Assembly: GCA_034667685.1 (NCBI GenBank)
Contig: JAXDQU010000055.1
Span: 1 to 27,715, forward strand
Reading direction: 5' to 3'
Source: Thermoplasmata archaeon
GTDB taxonomy: Archaea; Thermoplasmatota; SW-10-69-26; JACQPN01; JAJPHT01
DNA length: 27,715 nt
Shown: in pieces, positions 25,365 through 27,715 of the stretch
Numbering within the stretch: the first letter of the stretch is position 1
How the letters are laid out: every line of letters starts with the position of its first letter
Made by a program: the position numbers and the translations under genes
Notes under the pieces: generated by a model
Told to the model about the DNA's origin: nothing
What the model saw: the letters and a program-made list of their open reading frames with translations, nothing else
Database searches by the model: none

Positions 25365-26417
25365 TCAGCCCACGCGCGCCGGGCGCCGCGCCGGCCTGCG
25401 CTGCACCATGTCGTCCGCGTCGGGGCCCAGCACGAAGCCGTCGGTGGGCAGCGTGTGCTCGTTGAGGAAGACGAAGCGCAGCACGTAGCTCACGAAGAAG
25501 CCAAGCGGGAGGATGACGACGGAGAGGGCCGCCCCGACGAGCGCCGCCGCGCCAAGCCTTCCGAGCGCCGAGATCGCGCCGTCGCCGTAGGCAAGCACCA
25601 TGAACGCGGCGGTGAGGATCGAGGGGATCGTCGCCACGAGGATCGCCCACGACATGTTGGAGAGCCCCCAAGAGGTGTCGAGCGTCTTGACGTAGCGCGT
25701 CGCCACGTTGTAGTCGGCAAGCTGCTCGTGGAGCGAGGTGAGCGCCTCGCGCAGCGCCTCCGTGGGCGCCTCGCGCGCGAACCTCCGGGCCAGGTGCGAG
25801 GTCACGTCGGCCTCGAAGTCGAGCGCGGCGCCCAGCACGTGATCGGGATTGCGGCGGACCGCGTCGAGCCGCGCGGCCGTCTCCAGCGCGCGCCGCTCCA
25901 TCAAGGCGAGCAGCTCGCCCAGGCTGATGTCCTCCTCGCGCAGCGCGAGCGTCGTCTCGTCCGCGACGGCCTGGGCCTCGCGCGCTTCCCTGGCGATCGT
26001 CTGGAGGAGCGCGGCCAGGAAGCCGCTCACCGTGACCGGCGCGTAGTTCCGGCCCGTCGCCTTGCGCAGCCGCGCCCGGAACGCCTCGTTGGCCTCGTGG
26101 CGCTCGCGGAGCGTGTGGAGCCCCTTCATCTCGCGGTTGAGCGTGAGCGAGGCGACCGAGACGGCGATGGCGGAGGCGGTGGCGACGGCGGTGACGAAGC
26201 GCGCGAACGTCTCCTGCACGTTCTTCTGCGACGTGATCGCCTTGGCAAGCTCGGCGGGGCCCAGCCACGCGGCGAGGAGCACGATGACGAGAGGCACCAG
26301 GGCGAGGCCGAAGGCAAGCGCGGCGCGCGGCACGCGGAAGCCGACGACGGCCCAGGCCGTGGGCGCCCGGACGCGGTCAAGGAACGGCTGCCCGATGACC
26401 CCCCGGGCGTCTGTCAT
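25365..26417 (-). CDS. Membrane protein with large soluble helical loop
   Basis: 2+2 TM segments around a charged helical region, ending TLPTDGFVL; start inferred at ATG 26417. Confidence 0.7.
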   Translation of the reverse strand: MTDARGVIGQPFLDRVRAPTAWAVVGFRVPRAALAFGLALVPLVIVLLAAWLGPAELAKAITSQKNVQETFARFVTAVATASAIAVSVASLTLNREMKGLHTLRERHEANEAFRARLRKATGRNYAPVTVSGFLAALLQTIAREAREAQAVADETTLALREEDISLGELLALMERRALETAARLDAVRRNPDHVLGAALDFEADVTSHLARRFAREAPTEALREALTSLHEQLADYNVATRYVKTLDTSWGLSNMSWAILVATIPSILTAAFMVLAYGDGAISALGRLGAAALVGAALSVVILPLGFFVSYVLRFVFLNEHTLPTDGFVLGPDADDMVQRRPARRPARVG

Positions 26418-26538
26418 GCCAGCGCCTCGTTCGCGGGAGGTCATGAGCGCTTTCGTCGCGTGGTCGTTGACTTGAGCCCCACCCCGGAGAACGAAGCGTG
26501 GGCGAGGCCTTTTGCGGGCGGGGCCTCGTGCGGCGCCG

Positions 26539-27588
26539 TTGAAGGTCCTGGCCCGCGAGCCCGAGGAGGGCCGCGTCAAGCTGCGCATCGACTCGCTCGA
26601 CGACCTCTGGCACCTGCGCGAGCTGGCGAGCCCGGGCGACGTGGCGACCGCGCTGACGTGGCGCACCGCGGAGCTTGACACGAAGGGCGCGGAGCGCGCG
26701 GGCAAGGCGGAGAAGCGCGCCATGACGCTCGCGGTCAAGGTCGAGCGCGTCGAGTGGGACGCCTTCTCCAACCGGCTGCGCCTGCTCGGGCCGATCGTCG
26801 AGGGTCCGCAGGACGTCGGAAGCTATCACACGCTCGTCGTGGAGCCCGGCACGGAGATCACGATCCAGAAGCCGCGCGGGTTCCGCGCGCACCACCTGGA
26901 GCGCATCGAGGAGGCCGTCGCCGCGACCGCGAGGCCGCTCGTGACGTTCCTCGCCATCGAGGAGAACGAGGCCGTGGTCGCCCTGCTGCGGCAGTACGGC
27001 GTGCAGCGCATGGCCGAGGTGTTCGGCCATCAGTCGGGCAAACAATATGCGACGAGCCGCGCCGAGGAGGAGGCGTTCTTCGACGAGACGCTCATGGCGC
27101 TGCGCGACTATCGACCCGAGGGCGCGCCGCTCCTGGTGCTCGGGCCGGGCTTCGCCAAGGAGCGCTTCCTCGCGCACGCCCGGGCCAAGCAGCCCGCGCT
27201 CGTGAAGGGCGCGGCCATCGAGGCGACGGGCCAGGCCGGCATGGCGGGCGTCCACGAGGCGATCCGTCGCGGGAGCGTGGAGCGCGTGGCGAAGGAGACG
27301 CGCGTGGGCCGCGAGACGGCGCTGCTGGAGCGCTTCTTCGAGGCGCTCGCCAAGGGGGCGCTCGTGGCGTACGGCGCCGACGAGGTGCGCCGCGTCACGC
27401 AGATGGGCGCCGCGGACGTGGTGCTCGTCGCGGACCATCTCGTGCGCGAGGGACCGGGCGAGGCGATGCTGGAGCTGGCGCGCGGCACCGGCGCGCAGGC
27501 GCACGTCATCAGCACGCTGCACGACGCGGGCGCGAGGTTCGACGCGCTCGGGGGCGTCGGCGCGCTGCTGCGATATCAGCCTGCATAG
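26539..27588 (+). CDS. pelA: mRNA surveillance protein Pelota (Dom34)
   Basis: IDSLDDLWHL, FSNRLRLLG.I, GSYHTL, GPGFAK, AYG.DEV, GGVGALLRY. TTG at 26539 (MKVLARE) is the probable start. Confidence 0.93.
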   Translation: MKVLAREPEEGRVKLRIDSLDDLWHLRELASPGDVATALTWRTAELDTKGAERAGKAEKRAMTLAVKVERVEWDAFSNRLRLLGPIVEGPQDVGSYHTLVVEPGTEITIQKPRGFRAHHLERIEEAVAATARPLVTFLAIEENEAVVALLRQYGVQRMAEVFGHQSGKQYATSRAEEEAFFDETLMALRDYRPEGAPLLVLGPGFAKERFLAHARAKQPALVKGAAIEATGQAGMAGVHEAIRRGSVERVAKETRVGRETALLERFFEALAKGALVAYGADEVRRVTQMGAADVVLVADHLVREGPGEAMLELARGTGAQAHVISTLHDAGARFDALGGVGALLRYQPA

Positions 27589-27648
27589 AGGTTGTCTTAC
27601 GACCTTCGCCCCGGCCAGCGCGCTTTCCTTACATGGTTACGCTGACCT

Positions 27649-27715
27649 CGCTTCGCTTGCCGCCATCACGCCAAGACGCCAACACGCGGCGTGTTGGCGT
27701 CTTGGCGTGATGGCG
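27649..27715. repeat. Family B palindrome, second copy, truncated by the window end
   Basis: cgcttcgcttgccgccatcacgccaagacgccaacacgc-G-gcgtgttggcgtcttggcgtgatggcg; differs from the 6167-6233 copy only at the centre and one arm base. Confidence 0.93.

Overview
Very GC-rich (roughly 70%) archaeal DNA. Pelota, an Rqc2/NFACT ribosome-rescue factor, PGF/VPxxxP-type C-terminal sorting tails, GGTGA ribosome-binding sites and TATA-like boxes 25-30 nt before start codons suggest a Thermoplasmatota- or Euryarchaeota-like organism (inference). The window holds about 30 genes: housekeeping genes (apt, fumC, rqcH, pelA, an ABC-2 transporter, a 2Fe-2S ferredoxin, AhpD-like and VOC enzymes), many secreted or cell-surface proteins including three tandem 8-Cys paralogs, small regulators and a probable eroded pseudogene. 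The most striking feature is a repeat system. A GxxExxY (PD-(D/E)XK) nuclease gene sits between inverted arrays of CACGAAG units, and a gene-less copy of the same element lies 17 kb away. Three further families of long intergenic hairpins built from short repeat units also sit just downstream of stop codons, and one occurs twice and ends the window. The layout resembles RAYT/REPIN systems but with a PD-(D/E)XK nuclease in place of a HUH transposase. All family assignments come from motif recognition by eye; no searches were run.
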